From: Planctellipticum variicoloris
GTDB lineage: Bacteria; Planctomycetota; Planctomycetia; Planctomycetales; Planctomycetaceae
Assembly (NCBI RefSeq): GCF_030622045.1
Contig: NZ_CP130886.1
Coordinates: forward strand, 1,313,557 to 1,377,556
DNA length: 64,000 bases
Direction of reading: 5' to 3'
A program made the position numbers and the translations under genes. Positions 54,241-64,000 of this stretch are shown here, piece after piece; position 1 is the stretch's first letter; each line of letters starts with the position of its first letter. The notes below the pieces were generated by a model. That model was not told where the DNA came from, did no database searches, and was given only the letters and a program-made list of their open reading frames with translations.

Positions 54241-55167
54241 TCATTCCAGCAGCCCCAGATCGCGCAGGTGCTGGCGGACGAGGAGTTTTTCGGGGCCGGC
54301 CAGAGGAATCAGCGGTTCCGCGCAGACGTCGCGGCAGACTCCCAGGATGTCGAGGGCCGCCTTGATTCCCTTGATCACGGGCGCGGAGCCGGTGCCGACG
54401 GAGTAGAGCCGCCCGGCGAGGTCGAGCACCTGCAGATGCAGTTCGCGCGTGCGCGCCAGGTCCCCGGCCAGAGCGGCGGCGCAGAGATCGACGTAGAGCC
54501 GGGGGTGCACGTTGGCGCCGCCGTTGATTCCCCCGTGGGCCCCCATCAGCACCGCTTCGGCGGTCAGTTCTTCGGGGCCCATCAGGACCGTCCAGTCGGG
54601 TCGCTGCCGGATGAGCTGCAACATCTTGTGGAAATAGAGCATGTCGCCCGAGCTGTCTTTGAAGCCGATGATCCGATCGTGCTGCATGAGCTGGCGGATG
54701 GCGTCGAAATCGAAGAAGCAGCCGGTGAGGCTGGGGATGTTGTAGACCACCATCGGCAGGCCGATCGAGTCGGTAATCCGCTCGACGTAGCGGACCAGTT
54801 CGCGGGAGTCCGGGCTGAAGTAATAGGGCGGCGCGGTGACGACGGCGTCAGCGCCGCATTCCTCGGCGACCTTGGCCAGTTCGATGGCAGCCGTTAAACA
54901 GGTCTCGGTGATGCCGACGAGGACCGGGATGCGTCCCTGGACCAGATTGCAGACGGCGGAGATCGTTTCCTGCCGGAGGCGGTCGCTGAGACTGGGGCCT
55001 TCGCCGGTCGTCCCCAGAATGAAAATTCCCGCCACTCCGCCGTCAAGCAGTCGCCCGACGACCCGCTCCAGTCCCGCGTGATCGAGCGTTTCGGTGTCCC
55101 TCAAGGGCGTGATCATGGGAGGAACAACGCCACGGAGCGGACGGGGCCAGGCGCGGAGCGAAGTCAT
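54241..55167 (-). CDS. DapA/NanA-family aldolase (dihydrodipicolinate synthase / N-acetylneuraminate lyase family)
   Basis: VVPPMITPLRD...GVAGIFILGTTGEGPSLS...KIPVLVGI...VTAPPYYF...MVVYNIP...IIGFKDSSGD. Start chosen at the internal ATG at 55167. Confidence 0.8.
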   Translation of the reverse strand: MTSLRAWPRPLRGVVPPMITPLRDTETLDHAGLERVVGRLLDGGVAGIFILGTTGEGPSLSDRLRQETISAVCNLVQGRIPVLVGITETCLTAAIELAKVAEECGADAVVTAPPYYFSPDSRELVRYVERITDSIGLPMVVYNIPSLTGCFFDFDAIRQLMQHDRIIGFKDSSGDMLYFHKMLQLIRQRPDWTVLMGPEELTAEAVLMGAHGGINGGANVHPRLYVDLCAAALAGDLARTRELHLQVLDLAGRLYSVGTGSAPVIKGIKAALDILGVCRDVCAEPLIPLAGPEKLLVRQHLRDLGLLE

Positions 55168-55348
55168 CGACGGTCTCGCAAGGTGAGAAGAGGGAATAGC
55201 GAATAGGGAGTAGCGAGTAGCCAGAGGAGAGGGCTTATCGCTGATCGCTGATCGCGAATCGCCAGAACAGAGATACACGGGCGACGCATTCTCCGGCGAT
55301 CTGCGATCAGCGATCAGCCGTCTTCAAATCGCCTTCTGGCCTGGCGCA

Positions 55349-56398
55349 CTACGGCAGGTCGGTGAGCTGCAGTTTGGAGGGGTCGACCGTCAGGTGCGTG
55401 ATTTTTTTCCGCTTCCAGGTGTAGGTGATGTGCACGAGGCCATCCGCGGTCTGGATGATGGCGGGATAGGAGAATTCGGCCCCCGGTTCGACTTCGAGCA
55501 CGGCGGCGGACTTCCAGGTCTTGCCGTCGTTCGAAACGGCCAAGTTGATCGGGCTGCGGCCCTTGGGGGTGTGGTTGTAGACCAGGAGATGCCGGCCGTC
55601 TTTGAGCGTCACGGCGTCGATTCCCGAGTTGGGGTGGGGGAGTGAAGTCTTCGCAAGCGGTGTCCAAGTCTGGCCGCCGTCGGAAGAAAACGTCTCGACG
55701 ATCGCCTTGGCGGTGCGGCTACGGGCCAGGGCCTGCAGTCGGCCGTCCGGATGCATCAGCAGTGTCGGCTGAATGGCGCCGGCGTTGATGGGATCTTCGA
55801 CGGCAGGGGTCCGCGTCCAGGTCTTGCCGAGATCGGAGGTCATTTCGAAATGGGTTTTCCAACCGTCGTGCTCGCTGCTGGTCGGGCAGAGGAGGGCGCC
55901 GGACTTCAGCAGGATCGCCTTGTTCTTGACGGGGCCCATGATCGTTTCCGGCAGGCGGCGCGGCGTCGACCAGGTGACGCCGTGGTCTTCGCTCTGCATC
56001 ACTTCGCCCCACCAGGTGTCCGGGCTGGGACCGACTTTGAAGAAGAGAACGAGGGGCCCGCCCGGCTGCTGGTGCAGGACGGGGTTCCAGCAGGGATGCC
56101 GGTGGACTGTGCCGTCAACGCTCGTGTACTGGATGCCATTGGCGACTTCGACGGGCGCGGTCCACTTGCCGTTCTGCAGCCGGGAGACCCAGATGCCGAC
56201 GTCTTTGGCCTTTTCGTACTGTCCGCCGAACCACGAGGCGACCAGGCCTTGCGGAGTTTCGGCGATCGTCGACGCATGGCATTCGGGGAAGGGGGCTGTT
56301 TCGTAGATGAATTCGCGTTCCACGACCCCGGCCGGCTCGGCGGCGAGGGCCGGCATCGCGACGACGGCCAGCAGCAGACTCCAGCAGGCTTTCAGCAT
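55349..56398 (-). CDS. Secreted exo-alpha-sialidase-like BNR-repeat glycosidase (GH33-like)
   Basis: Signal peptide MLKACWSLLLAVVAMPALA. Four BNR/Asp-box motifs SEDHGVTWS, SDLGKTWT, SDGGQTWT, SNDGKTWK. Confidence 0.8.
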   Translation of the reverse strand: MLKACWSLLLAVVAMPALAAEPAGVVEREFIYETAPFPECHASTIAETPQGLVASWFGGQYEKAKDVGIWVSRLQNGKWTAPVEVANGIQYTSVDGTVHRHPCWNPVLHQQPGGPLVLFFKVGPSPDTWWGEVMQSEDHGVTWSTPRRLPETIMGPVKNKAILLKSGALLCPTSSEHDGWKTHFEMTSDLGKTWTRTPAVEDPINAGAIQPTLLMHPDGRLQALARSRTAKAIVETFSSDGGQTWTPLAKTSLPHPNSGIDAVTLKDGRHLLVYNHTPKGRSPINLAVSNDGKTWKSAAVLEVEPGAEFSYPAIIQTADGLVHITYTWKRKKITHLTVDPSKLQLTDLP

Positions 56399-56435
56399 GT
56401 CAAACCCTTTGTTGTTCCAGGTGCGGCGTGGCGGA

Positions 56436-58376
56436 CTATTTCGCGGTTCGCGAGTTCTTCAGGTAGTAGAACCGGCCGTCTTCGGCTCCGACCAGCAGAT
56501 CGGGGACGCCGTCGGCGTTCCAGTCGACGGTGGTCGGGCTGGTGTCATGGCCCTCGATCTTGCGGGTGTCGAGCAGGCCGCGGTCTTCGAACAGGACCTT
56601 CCCGTCTTGCGTGCCGGTCTGGCGGTACCAGACGGCGTTCTGACCGTTGAGCAGCAGGTCGAGTTTGCCGTCGCCGTCCCAGTCGACGATGCACCACTTC
56701 CGGCGACCGCTCTTGCCCGCCCAGCCGGCGTTGAACCGCAGGACTTCGCCTTTGGCGTCGCAGAAGATCCGTCGGCCGGGCAGGAGTTTGAGTGCTCCGT
56801 CCTGACGGACCCGCTCAAACAACGCGGGGTAGCCTTCGTGGTCGAGCATCACCAGATCGGTCAGGCCGTCCTGGGTCCAGTCGATTGCGATCGGCGTGGT
56901 GCGCCATTGAGTGGCCAGTTCGCGCCCTTGCGGTTCCCACCAGGTCCAGCCGGGTTTTGGGGGAGCACCGGGCCACTCGACTTCGATCGGCCGGGAGGCT
57001 TCCAGGTTCAACGTTCCGCGAGTCCCTGGATTGCGGTACCAGACGACCTTGCCCCAGATGGAGTTGACCACGAGATCCAGGAAACCATCCTGATCCCAAT
57101 CGGCGACGGTCTGGGTTGTGTAGCCCCATTTGGCTTCGCAGGGGCCCTGGATTGAGCCGTTCGGTCCGGCCATGATCCGCAGAACGGCGTCGCCGGCGTG
57201 GAAGGGCTTCGGTGCGGCCCAGCGGGGCTGCTCGACGCCTGCGCCGCTCAGGTTTTCGTAAAACAGAATGTGTCCCGACGTGTTGCCGCAAACGACGTCG
57301 AAATCGCCATCGCCGTCCCAGTCAACTCCCACCGGGGTGGCAAGTGCGCCGCACTTCACATCCTCGGCTTCCTGCTGGAAATAGACCGGCGGCAGGAACT
57401 GCGGCACGCCGTCGACCACTTTCCCGGTGTGTTCGACGAGGGCTACGCGGCCGTCTTCATCGCCGACGACGAGGTCCTGATCGCCATCGCCATCCCAGTC
57501 GATGGCGACCGGAACGATCATTTCGAGATCCATGGCGATGGGCCGACCGTTGTACATGAGCCGACGCGAGGGGGCATACTGCGGTTCCGTCCGCGTGCCG
57601 ACGTTTTCGAAGTAGTTGAACTGATCCAGGAACTCGCCACACAGGAGGTCGAGGTCGCCGTCGCCGTCGAAGTCCGCGAGATTCGGGCAGGGCCAGCCGA
57701 ACGTTTGCGCCGGGGCGTCGCCGGCCTGCAGCTTGACCGGATCGGCGTACTTCGGCACCTGCGTCGAGCCGGTATTGCGGATCACGTAGATGTAGCCGCG
57801 CAGCGGGCCGCGGGTCCAGCGTCCTGTCTTGTCAAAGGCGTCGTCCCAGCCGTATTCCGTCCAGTCGCCGACGCCGACGATCAGGTCGAGCTGGCCGTCG
57901 CCATCGAAGTCCGCGTATTTCCACTGATTGGCGCGGACCTTGTTGGGGTGAATGTTGGCCTTCAACGGGAGCTTCACCCCATGTTCGAGGCCCGACTTCC
58001 GGAAGTCCGGGTACTCGATCCCCGGAGAAAGGACGCGGGGAACTCCTGCGACATAGGAAACCTGAACGTTCTGGAGTCCCTGGCTGATCCGTCGGCCGGG
58101 TTTGAAGATCGGGAGCTTGCCGCCGCCGGGGTTTTCGAAGACGTACGTGCCGTTGTAGGGCTTGTCGGGGCAGTTGACGACGAGATCGAGGTCGCCGTCG
58201 CCGTCGAAATCCATCGGGAGGGGCCAGGCCCAGAGACCGACGCCAAGGTCGACGACCAGCCCGGGGTTTCTGTAGGGCAGCCGCTGAAGTCCAGGAGCCT
58301 GCTCCTGAGCCAGCGTGGTGTCGACGCAGGCCCCCAGCAGGGTCAGAATCGCCAGGGCGGTCCGGCGGCTGCACAT
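56436..58376 (-). CDS. Secreted FG-GAP/VCBS-repeat beta-propeller protein
   Basis: Signal peptide. Seven or more DxDGDGxxDL repeats (DFDGDGDLDLVVN, DWDGDGDQDLVVG, DWDGDGDFDVVCG, DWDQDGFLDLVVN, DWTQDGLTDLVM, DWDGDGKLDLLLN, DWNADGVPDLLVG). Confidence 0.8.
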   Translation of the reverse strand: MCSRRTALAILTLLGACVDTTLAQEQAPGLQRLPYRNPGLVVDLGVGLWAWPLPMDFDGDGDLDLVVNCPDKPYNGTYVFENPGGGKLPIFKPGRRISQGLQNVQVSYVAGVPRVLSPGIEYPDFRKSGLEHGVKLPLKANIHPNKVRANQWKYADFDGDGQLDLIVGVGDWTEYGWDDAFDKTGRWTRGPLRGYIYVIRNTGSTQVPKYADPVKLQAGDAPAQTFGWPCPNLADFDGDGDLDLLCGEFLDQFNYFENVGTRTEPQYAPSRRLMYNGRPIAMDLEMIVPVAIDWDGDGDQDLVVGDEDGRVALVEHTGKVVDGVPQFLPPVYFQQEAEDVKCGALATPVGVDWDGDGDFDVVCGNTSGHILFYENLSGAGVEQPRWAAPKPFHAGDAVLRIMAGPNGSIQGPCEAKWGYTTQTVADWDQDGFLDLVVNSIWGKVVWYRNPGTRGTLNLEASRPIEVEWPGAPPKPGWTWWEPQGRELATQWRTTPIAIDWTQDGLTDLVMLDHEGYPALFERVRQDGALKLLPGRRIFCDAKGEVLRFNAGWAGKSGRRKWCIVDWDGDGKLDLLLNGQNAVWYRQTGTQDGKVLFEDRGLLDTRKIEGHDTSPTTVDWNADGVPDLLVGAEDGRFYYLKNSRTAK

Positions 58377-58609
58377 GATGTCTGCCTCCTGAGGTTGAGC
58401 GCGGAGTCGAGCAGAAGAGGACGGCCACTTTAACTACGAGCGCCGTGGAATGCACGTAGAACGACGTTCTGACACAGTCATTCTCCGCGTGCCATCGAGT
58501 GATCGGGCTGCTGTACGCAATGTTGCAAGCCAGCTTGACGCCTCTGACGAGATCGGCGACAATTCAACGCATAAGCCCGCCTTGATTTATCCCGCCCGAA
58601 AGCCTGTGT

Positions 58610-59989
58610 ATGCTCCCACCGGTCCCTCGAAGTGCGTCTCCGTTTCTGCCGCGTCGGCGCGTGCTGTTGCAGGCGGGGGCATTGGGGATCGCCGGACTGG
58701 GCTGGGGCGGGATGTCCGCCGTGCAGCAGGCCCAGGCCGCGCTGGACTCGGGGCGTGCGAAGCAGTGCATTCTATTGTTTATGTGGGGCGGTCCGAGCCA
58801 GATCGACACGTTTGATCCGAAGCCGCAGGCCCCTGCCGAAGTGCGCGGGTCGTTTCAGACCATTGCGACCAACGTGCCGGGGATTGAATTCAGCGAACAC
58901 GTGCAGCATCTGTCGCGGCACGCCGACAAACTGTGCGTCATTCGTTCGCTCACTCACGACGACCCGGCCCACCTTTCGAGCGGTCACACGGCCCTCACGG
59001 GGCAGCTCCCGCCCGTGAACAAGAGCGACGCGGAGCCGCCGAGCGAACGCGATACGCCGCACATCGGTTGCGTCATGTCCAAGCTCCGACCCTGCGAGAC
59101 CGGATTGCCTTCGTTCGTCACTCTCCCCTGGCTGGCGCTGCATCCGGCCGCGCCGGGCGGGCGCGCGCCCGGGCAACATGGCGGCTGGCTGGGCCGGCAA
59201 TACGATCCATTTCTCGTCGAGGGGGATCCCAACGCTACGGGCTGGAAAGTCCCCGCCCTGACGCTGATCGACGGGCAGTCGCCCGACCGGCTGGCTCATC
59301 GCCGAGAACTGCTGAAAGGGATCAACCGCCAGCGCGCCGCCCTCGAACAGATCGGAGCGGTCGCCAGTCTGAATCGTCAACAGCTCCGGGCCTTCGATCT
59401 GCTGACGTCGCCGACAGTGACCGAGTCCTTCGATCTCGAACGGGAAGCTCCCGAGACTCGCGAGCGGTACGGGCGCAATCTGCACGGGCAATGCGTGCTG
59501 CTGGCGCGACGTCTGCTGGATCGGGGCGTACCGATGGTCTCCGTCAACTGGCACAACGACGGTCAGAACTTCTGGGATACCCACGGCAACAACTTCAACC
59601 GGTTGAAGAACGATCTGATTCCGCCGTCCGACCGGGCGCTGTCCGCGCTGCTGGAGGACCTGACCGCTTCCGGGAAGCTCGACGACACGCTGATTGCCTG
59701 GGTCGGCGAATTCGGCAGGGCGCCGACGATTAACGGCTCCACCGGCCGGGACCACCATCCGTGGTGTTACAGCGGACTGCTGGCGGGAGCGGGCGTCCGC
59801 GGCGGGCAGGTCTACGGCGCCAGCGACCGGATCGCCAGCCGGCCGATCGAAAAGCCGGTCTCGCCGCAGGATTTCGTCGCGACGATGTATCATGCACTGG
59901 GAGTTTCGGACGAGACCGTGCTCTACGATACGCTGAACCGCCCGCATGCGCTGACCGGCGGACGGCCGATTCGAGAGATCTTTGCGTAG
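58610..59989 (+). CDS. DUF1501 (sulfatase-like) family protein, second paralog
   Basis: RRRVLLQAGALGIAGLG Tat-like signal. CILLFMWGGPSQIDTFDPKPQAPAEVRGSF is the classic DUF1501 N-terminal motif. Confidence 0.85.
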   Translation: MLPPVPRSASPFLPRRRVLLQAGALGIAGLGWGGMSAVQQAQAALDSGRAKQCILLFMWGGPSQIDTFDPKPQAPAEVRGSFQTIATNVPGIEFSEHVQHLSRHADKLCVIRSLTHDDPAHLSSGHTALTGQLPPVNKSDAEPPSERDTPHIGCVMSKLRPCETGLPSFVTLPWLALHPAAPGGRAPGQHGGWLGRQYDPFLVEGDPNATGWKVPALTLIDGQSPDRLAHRRELLKGINRQRAALEQIGAVASLNRQQLRAFDLLTSPTVTESFDLEREAPETRERYGRNLHGQCVLLARRLLDRGVPMVSVNWHNDGQNFWDTHGNNFNRLKNDLIPPSDRALSALLEDLTASGKLDDTLIAWVGEFGRAPTINGSTGRDHHPWCYSGLLAGAGVRGGQVYGASDRIASRPIEKPVSPQDFVATMYHALGVSDETVLYDTLNRPHALTGGRPIREIFA

Positions 59990-60088
59990 AAGACGAGAGA
60001 CGAGAGTCCAGAGTCGAGAGCCAGTGAAGAGCTGTGCGGCCTTCAAATCTGGCGATCAGCGATCAGCGATCAGCGATTCGCGACGCGA

Positions 60089-61663
60089 TCACTTCGAGCC
60101 GATTTCCTGGAGTCGGGCGCCGATCATCACCTGCAGCACGAAGCTGATGACGCCGGTCAGAATCCAGAGCGTCACGATCGCAGCCAGGGCCGCCCCCTCG
60201 CCGTTGCTGGATGACGAGAGGAGCAGAAAGGGAATCGCGAGGACGGGGCAGCAGTTGACCGAGACCATCATCAGCAGGATCGCCAGCGGCAGGGCGCCCC
60301 ATTTGACGAACAGCGACAGCAGCGCCACCACGTGGCAGAAGACCAGGATGCTCATCACGAACGCCCAGGTTCCCGGTTCGTCGATGGCGTCGATAAAGAA
60401 CTCCGCCGCGTTCGGAACCGCGACGAGCGCCACGATCAGGGCCACAATCGCCGGCCAGAGTCCGAGCAGGCAGCCGATCAGCTTGGTGTAGCCGACGTAC
60501 GCCACCGAGCGGGGGAGCATCAGCAGGGCGGACATGGTCTGCCCCTTGAGCTCGTCGTGAAACAGGCGGGAGGACATGAGGCTCAGGTCGAGTCCGGTGA
60601 GCAGGCACCAGAGCATCAGCGAGGCCGCCCCGATGTCGCGCCAGTTCGTGCTTAACGAGAGGGGAGGGGAATTGAACAGAACGATCAGGCCGAAGACCAC
60701 GAAGTATCCCAGGAGCTTGATGGCACCCATCGCCGTCCCGCCGGCGATGAAGTTGTAGTCCTTCCAGATCAGCGATCGATTCCACGCGCGGCCTGGCGAA
60801 AAGACCTGGATCCGCTGCCGGGACTTGCTGCGTCCCAGGAGGCCGCGGGTCTGGGCCGTCGGCGTGGCGTTTTTCGCGAACGCGTTGAACAACGCCCACG
60901 CGAGCAGGAACGCGGCCAATCCGCCGAGCGAGTTGCCGACGACTTGCGTCGACAGCACCGGTTCGTCGAAGCCGGTCGACAGAATGACGCCGATCCGCTC
61001 GAAGACGCAGGAGCTGCGAATGATCTCCACGGAGTGAATCAGCGTCGTCTTCCAGAAGCCCGCTTTCGTGATTCCGACGGTCGGAAACCAGGCCAGCGCG
61101 CCTTCCGCCATCGGCCAGGCGGCGATGTAGAGCAACAGCCAGAGGGATGTCAGCCCGGCAGCGTTCCCCCCCTTCTGGCACATGACGGAGAAGACCAGCG
61201 CGACGTTGGCGAGCAGAATGATGAAGGCCACCAGCGCCACGTACATGGCGACGACCTGCACCGTCAGCACGCCGCCCAGCGTGACGGCGAGGAGCGTGAA
61301 GGGGAACTGGATGATCAGCAGCAGCACGGCCTGGAGCAGCCGGCTGGTCGATTTTCCCAGGAGGATGCCGAGCGGGTTGAGTCCCGCCATGCGCAGGAGA
61401 CCGAGCGTGTCCTCTTCTTTTTCCTCGGTGATCGCCGTGGCAAAGAAGCTGACGCCTGCCAGGCAGATGAAGCAGGCGTTGAGCCAGACGAGGTTCGTAA
61501 AGAACCGGAGCCCCGGCGCGCCGAAGCTGAGAGCCTGGAGCTGGGCGATCAACAACGAGAAGTAGACCATCACCACGAAGGCCAGGCGGAACAGGTGGCC
61601 GCGCAGGAGGCGGGCGTCGAGCCGGAGGGCGCGGGTCATCAGGGCGGCGAGGCCGTGGTACAT
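60089..61663 (-). CDS. ABC transporter permease (multi-TM, ABC-2-like)
   Basis: 524 aa with at least 10 hydrophobic helices. Start overlaps the ATPase stop by 1 nt (ATGA). Confidence 0.7.
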   Translation of the reverse strand: MYHGLAALMTRALRLDARLLRGHLFRLAFVVMVYFSLLIAQLQALSFGAPGLRFFTNLVWLNACFICLAGVSFFATAITEEKEEDTLGLLRMAGLNPLGILLGKSTSRLLQAVLLLIIQFPFTLLAVTLGGVLTVQVVAMYVALVAFIILLANVALVFSVMCQKGGNAAGLTSLWLLLYIAAWPMAEGALAWFPTVGITKAGFWKTTLIHSVEIIRSSCVFERIGVILSTGFDEPVLSTQVVGNSLGGLAAFLLAWALFNAFAKNATPTAQTRGLLGRSKSRQRIQVFSPGRAWNRSLIWKDYNFIAGGTAMGAIKLLGYFVVFGLIVLFNSPPLSLSTNWRDIGAASLMLWCLLTGLDLSLMSSRLFHDELKGQTMSALLMLPRSVAYVGYTKLIGCLLGLWPAIVALIVALVAVPNAAEFFIDAIDEPGTWAFVMSILVFCHVVALLSLFVKWGALPLAILLMMVSVNCCPVLAIPFLLLSSSSNGEGAALAAIVTLWILTGVISFVLQVMIGARLQEIGSK

Positions 61664-62661
61664 CAGCGCACCCCGCGTTCGGTCAGGTCGAGGAAGGCCT
61701 CATTGAGGTGCCGCTTGTCTTCCGCAAAGCCGGTGACCACGATGCCGAGATCGATCACGCTTCGCAGGAGGTCGTTGGTCGAAGTCTGGGTCCAGTCGAA
61801 CTCGATGCGATACTCGGGGCGGTCGTCGACCTGTTCGACAGAGACGACCCCGGTCAGTGCGCGAAGCTGGTCCCCCCATTCGGGACGGTCGTCGCCGACC
61901 GTCAGGCGGAACATCGGATGTTCGCCGGTCCGGGCGAGCAGTTGCGAGACTTTGCCGGAGAATTTGACGCGTCCGCGATCGATGATCGTGACGCTGTCGC
62001 AGAGTTCGGCGAGCTCGCTGAGGATGTGGGAGCTGATGAAAATGGTCTTGCCCATCGACTTGAGGGCCTTGAGGATTTCCATCAATTCGATCCGGGCGCG
62101 CGGGTCGAGTCCCGACGCCGGTTCGTCGAGGAGCAGCAGATCGGGGTCGTTCACCAGCACGCGGGCCAGGCCGACGCGCTGCTGCATGCCGCGGGAGAGT
62201 CCGCTGATGAGATCGTCGCGCCGGCCTTCCATATCGGTCAGCGCGAGAACTTCCTCGATCGTCGTCGTGCGCTGTTTGAAGGGCTGGCCGTAGGCGGCGG
62301 CGAAGAAGTCGAGATATTCGAAGACGGTCATCTGGCGGTAGCTGCTGAAGTGATCGGGCATGAACCCGATCCGCCTGCGGACGGAGTGCTGATGTTCGAC
62401 GACGTCCTGGCCGAAGACCTTGACGACGCCGTATTGCGGTCGGAGCAGCGTGCAGATGATTTTCAGCGACGTCGTTTTGCCCGCGCCGTTGGGGCCGACG
62501 AAGCCGTGCAGCGAACCGGCGGGGACCTCGAACGAGACGTGATCGAGCGCCCGGCGGCCTTTGTAGGAATGGACGACGTCGTCCACCACCACGACGGGTT
62601 CTGCTCCGGAGGTTGCCCGTCCGGGAGCGGGACGGACGGGAGTCGCCTGCAATTCACTCAT
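61663..62661 (-). CDS. ABC transporter ATP-binding protein
   Basis: Walker A GPNGAGKTT, signature LSRGMQQRV, Walker B LLLLDEP, H-loop SSHIL. Confidence 0.9.
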   Translation of the reverse strand: MSELQATPVRPAPGRATSGAEPVVVVDDVVHSYKGRRALDHVSFEVPAGSLHGFVGPNGAGKTTSLKIICTLLRPQYGVVKVFGQDVVEHQHSVRRRIGFMPDHFSSYRQMTVFEYLDFFAAAYGQPFKQRTTTIEEVLALTDMEGRRDDLISGLSRGMQQRVGLARVLVNDPDLLLLDEPASGLDPRARIELMEILKALKSMGKTIFISSHILSELAELCDSVTIIDRGRVKFSGKVSQLLARTGEHPMFRLTVGDDRPEWGDQLRALTGVVSVEQVDDRPEYRIEFDWTQTSTNDLLRSVIDLGIVVTGFAEDKRHLNEAFLDLTERGVR

Positions 62662-64000
62662 GGCTGTTCCGAAGCGTTCAGGGGCAGATCGAGCACATAC
62701 ATGGCGCGGCCGAGATTCCGGCCGAGAGAAGGGGGAGGGGCCAGCTCTTCCGGGAGGCTGGCGTAGACGCAGAGTCGGAGCATGTCCGGCGGGAGCGACG
62801 ACCGTCGGGCTTCGCGGCGCGTGCCGACGTGGGCGGCCTGGGCCAGCATCCGCTGGCCGAGATTGTTGAAGCGCTCGTCCTGACTGCTTTCGTCGTCGCC
62901 GTAGCCGAGCATCATCGCAGGAACCATGGAGGTGTCGTCCCGCAGTCCAAGCGCATTGGCGACGGTTCCCAGGTCCGACTGCAGCTTGAGGGAATTGCCG
63001 TCGCGGCTCACGAGGTAGATGTGATTGCCGGCGATGGCGTGGCAGGTGCGGATGTCGGCCGGGAAATCTTTGCCGACGGTCAGCTCGAAGGCCGCCAGAC
63101 CTTCGGCGGCCGGAGAATAGGATTTCACGCGGACGTCGAAACGCTTGCCCGGGATGCGTACGCGGTGCGCGAACTCGCGTGAGCTGTAGGGAGGTATGTC
63201 GACGGTGAACGAGGCGTCGGCTCCGTTCTGAATCAGTCCCCGGACCGGTTCAAGGTCCTGACAGGTGGAATAGAGCAATCCTTGGCCGGGGTGGTCGATG
63301 GTGTAGGTGTTGCCGAGCGTGACGAAGGCGTCGGACCAGCCGCTGACATCCCAGCCGGTCTCGGGGAGGGGGCGAATCAGGGCGGTCGTGTAGACTGCGG
63401 CGCGCTCGCCGTAGCCCCGATGTCCGACTACGGCGAAGGCGATGCTGAAGAACGTCACGGCGGCGCCGAGTCCGACGTAGACCCAGCGGTAGTCGGCGAG
63501 ACGCAGCCCCAGGAAGTATGCTCCCGGGAAGACGGCGGCAATGTAGATCCAGAAGAGGAAATGAAGGAGCAGCCAGGAGTGCTCGGGGCGGGTCATCTGC
63601 TTCAATTCGGTCAGCAGCCGGTCGGCCGACAGCAGGTCGTCGCGCATGAACATGCCGTACTGCTGCTCCTGGGCTTCCTCGGCCTCCTCCTTGGCTTCGT
63701 CGACGCCGCGTTGAATCTCGATCGGGTCGTTTCCGGTGGTCTCGGCGACCGCGCCGGCGGGGAGCGGAATTCGATCCCCGGGAAGGTCCTTGAACAGACT
63801 CCTCAGGACGGTCCGGTTGAGGCCGCCGCGGCGCATCTCGAGCCGGCGAATCCGTCCCGTGCCGTGCGAGAACTCCTCGATCGGCGCATTCAGAAACGCC
63901 ATTTCCCCCGAGAAATGCGGAAAACGTCCCGCCCCGTCGTGGATCAGATACAGCCGCCCGCCGAGCCAGAGCCACTCCAGGAACGCAGTCCGGCGACCTT
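62658..64000 (-). CDS. Hypothetical membrane protein, first gene of the ABC operon. The frame stays open upstream of the ATG at 63902 to the window edge, so the true start may lie beyond 64000.
   Basis: The 414-aa ORF from 63902 has central TM helices. Translation upstream in the same frame shows no stop through 64000 (...RRTAFLEWLWLGGRLYLIHDGAGRFPHFSGEMAFLNAP...). Confidence 0.5.
   Translation of the reverse strand, partial: GRRTAFLEWLWLGGRLYLIHDGAGRFPHFSGEMAFLNAPIEEFSHGTGRIRRLEMRRGGLNRTVLRSLFKDLPGDRIPLPAGAVAETTGNDPIEIQRGVDEAKEEAEEAQEQQYGMFMRDDLLSADRLLTELKQMTRPEHSWLLLHFLFWIYIAAVFPGAYFLGLRLADYRWVYVGLGAAVTFFSIAFAVVGHRGYGERAAVYTTALIRPLPETGWDVSGWSDAFVTLGNTYTIDHPGQGLLYSTCQDLEPVRGLIQNGADASFTVDIPPYSSREFAHRVRIPGKRFDVRVKSYSPAAEGLAAFELTVGKDFPADIRTCHAIAGNHIYLVSRDGNSLKLQSDLGTVANALGLRDDTSMVPAMMLGYGDDESSQDERFNNLGQRMLAQAAHVGTRREARRSSLPPDMLRLCVYASLPEELAPPPSLGRNLGRAMYVLDLPLNASEQP

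Overview
This is a high-GC window (about 65% by eye) whose gene content looks Planctomycetota-like: two DUF1501 paralogs, WD40/PQQ/FG-GAP beta-propeller proteins, an ECF sigma factor, and Tat/Sec-signal secreted proteins. From left to right it contains the following.

1. A gene on the minus strand that runs off the left edge of the window and was missed by the ORF track.
2. A Tad/Flp pilus locus at 1.4-15.3 kb with flp, a cpaA/tadV prepilin peptidase, three TadE/TadG-like pseudopilins, cpaB, cpaF, tadB and tadC. It is wired to Ser/Thr-phospho signalling through an FHA-CpaF fusion, a separate FHA membrane protein, and a Hanks-type kinase fused to a caspase-like (C14) domain.
3. tRNA-Pro(GGG), followed by a 2.5-kb lower-GC islet (AraC regulator plus a VOC/DUF1579 protein) bracketed by 52-bp direct repeats that start in the tRNA 3' end.
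4. A tight five-gene chaperone operon: a basic 790-aa protein, a J-like protein whose HPD motif reads PPD, GrpE, Hsp70, and an overlapping zinc-ribbon protein.
5. A lower-GC junkyard at 25-30 kb: an internally deleted ISL3 transposase remnant, small cassette-like genes (LMW-PTP-like, GNAT, orphans, a response-regulator fragment), a family of related palindromic hairpins at gene 3' ends, and duplicated sigma70-like promoter modules.
6. An NfeD-flotillin pair and a ClpB C-terminal fragment.
7. A markedly low-GC (about 53%) single-gene island encoding a 1092-aa protein with an HD-like phosphohydrolase module fused to a MORC/Hsp90-type GHKL ATPase. This is the strongest candidate for an undescribed conflict or defence gene.
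8. A highly repetitive noncoding block, an IS200/RAYT-like HUH transposase flanked by inverted REP-like GC palindromes, a roughly 170-bp direct repeat that duplicates a gene 3' end next to tRNA-Leu(TAG), and then housekeeping or environment-interaction genes: ECF sigma, smpB, DTW, a sialidase plus NanA-like lyase cluster, an ABC transporter, oxidoreductase.

All calls are from reading the sequence by eye. No database searches were run.
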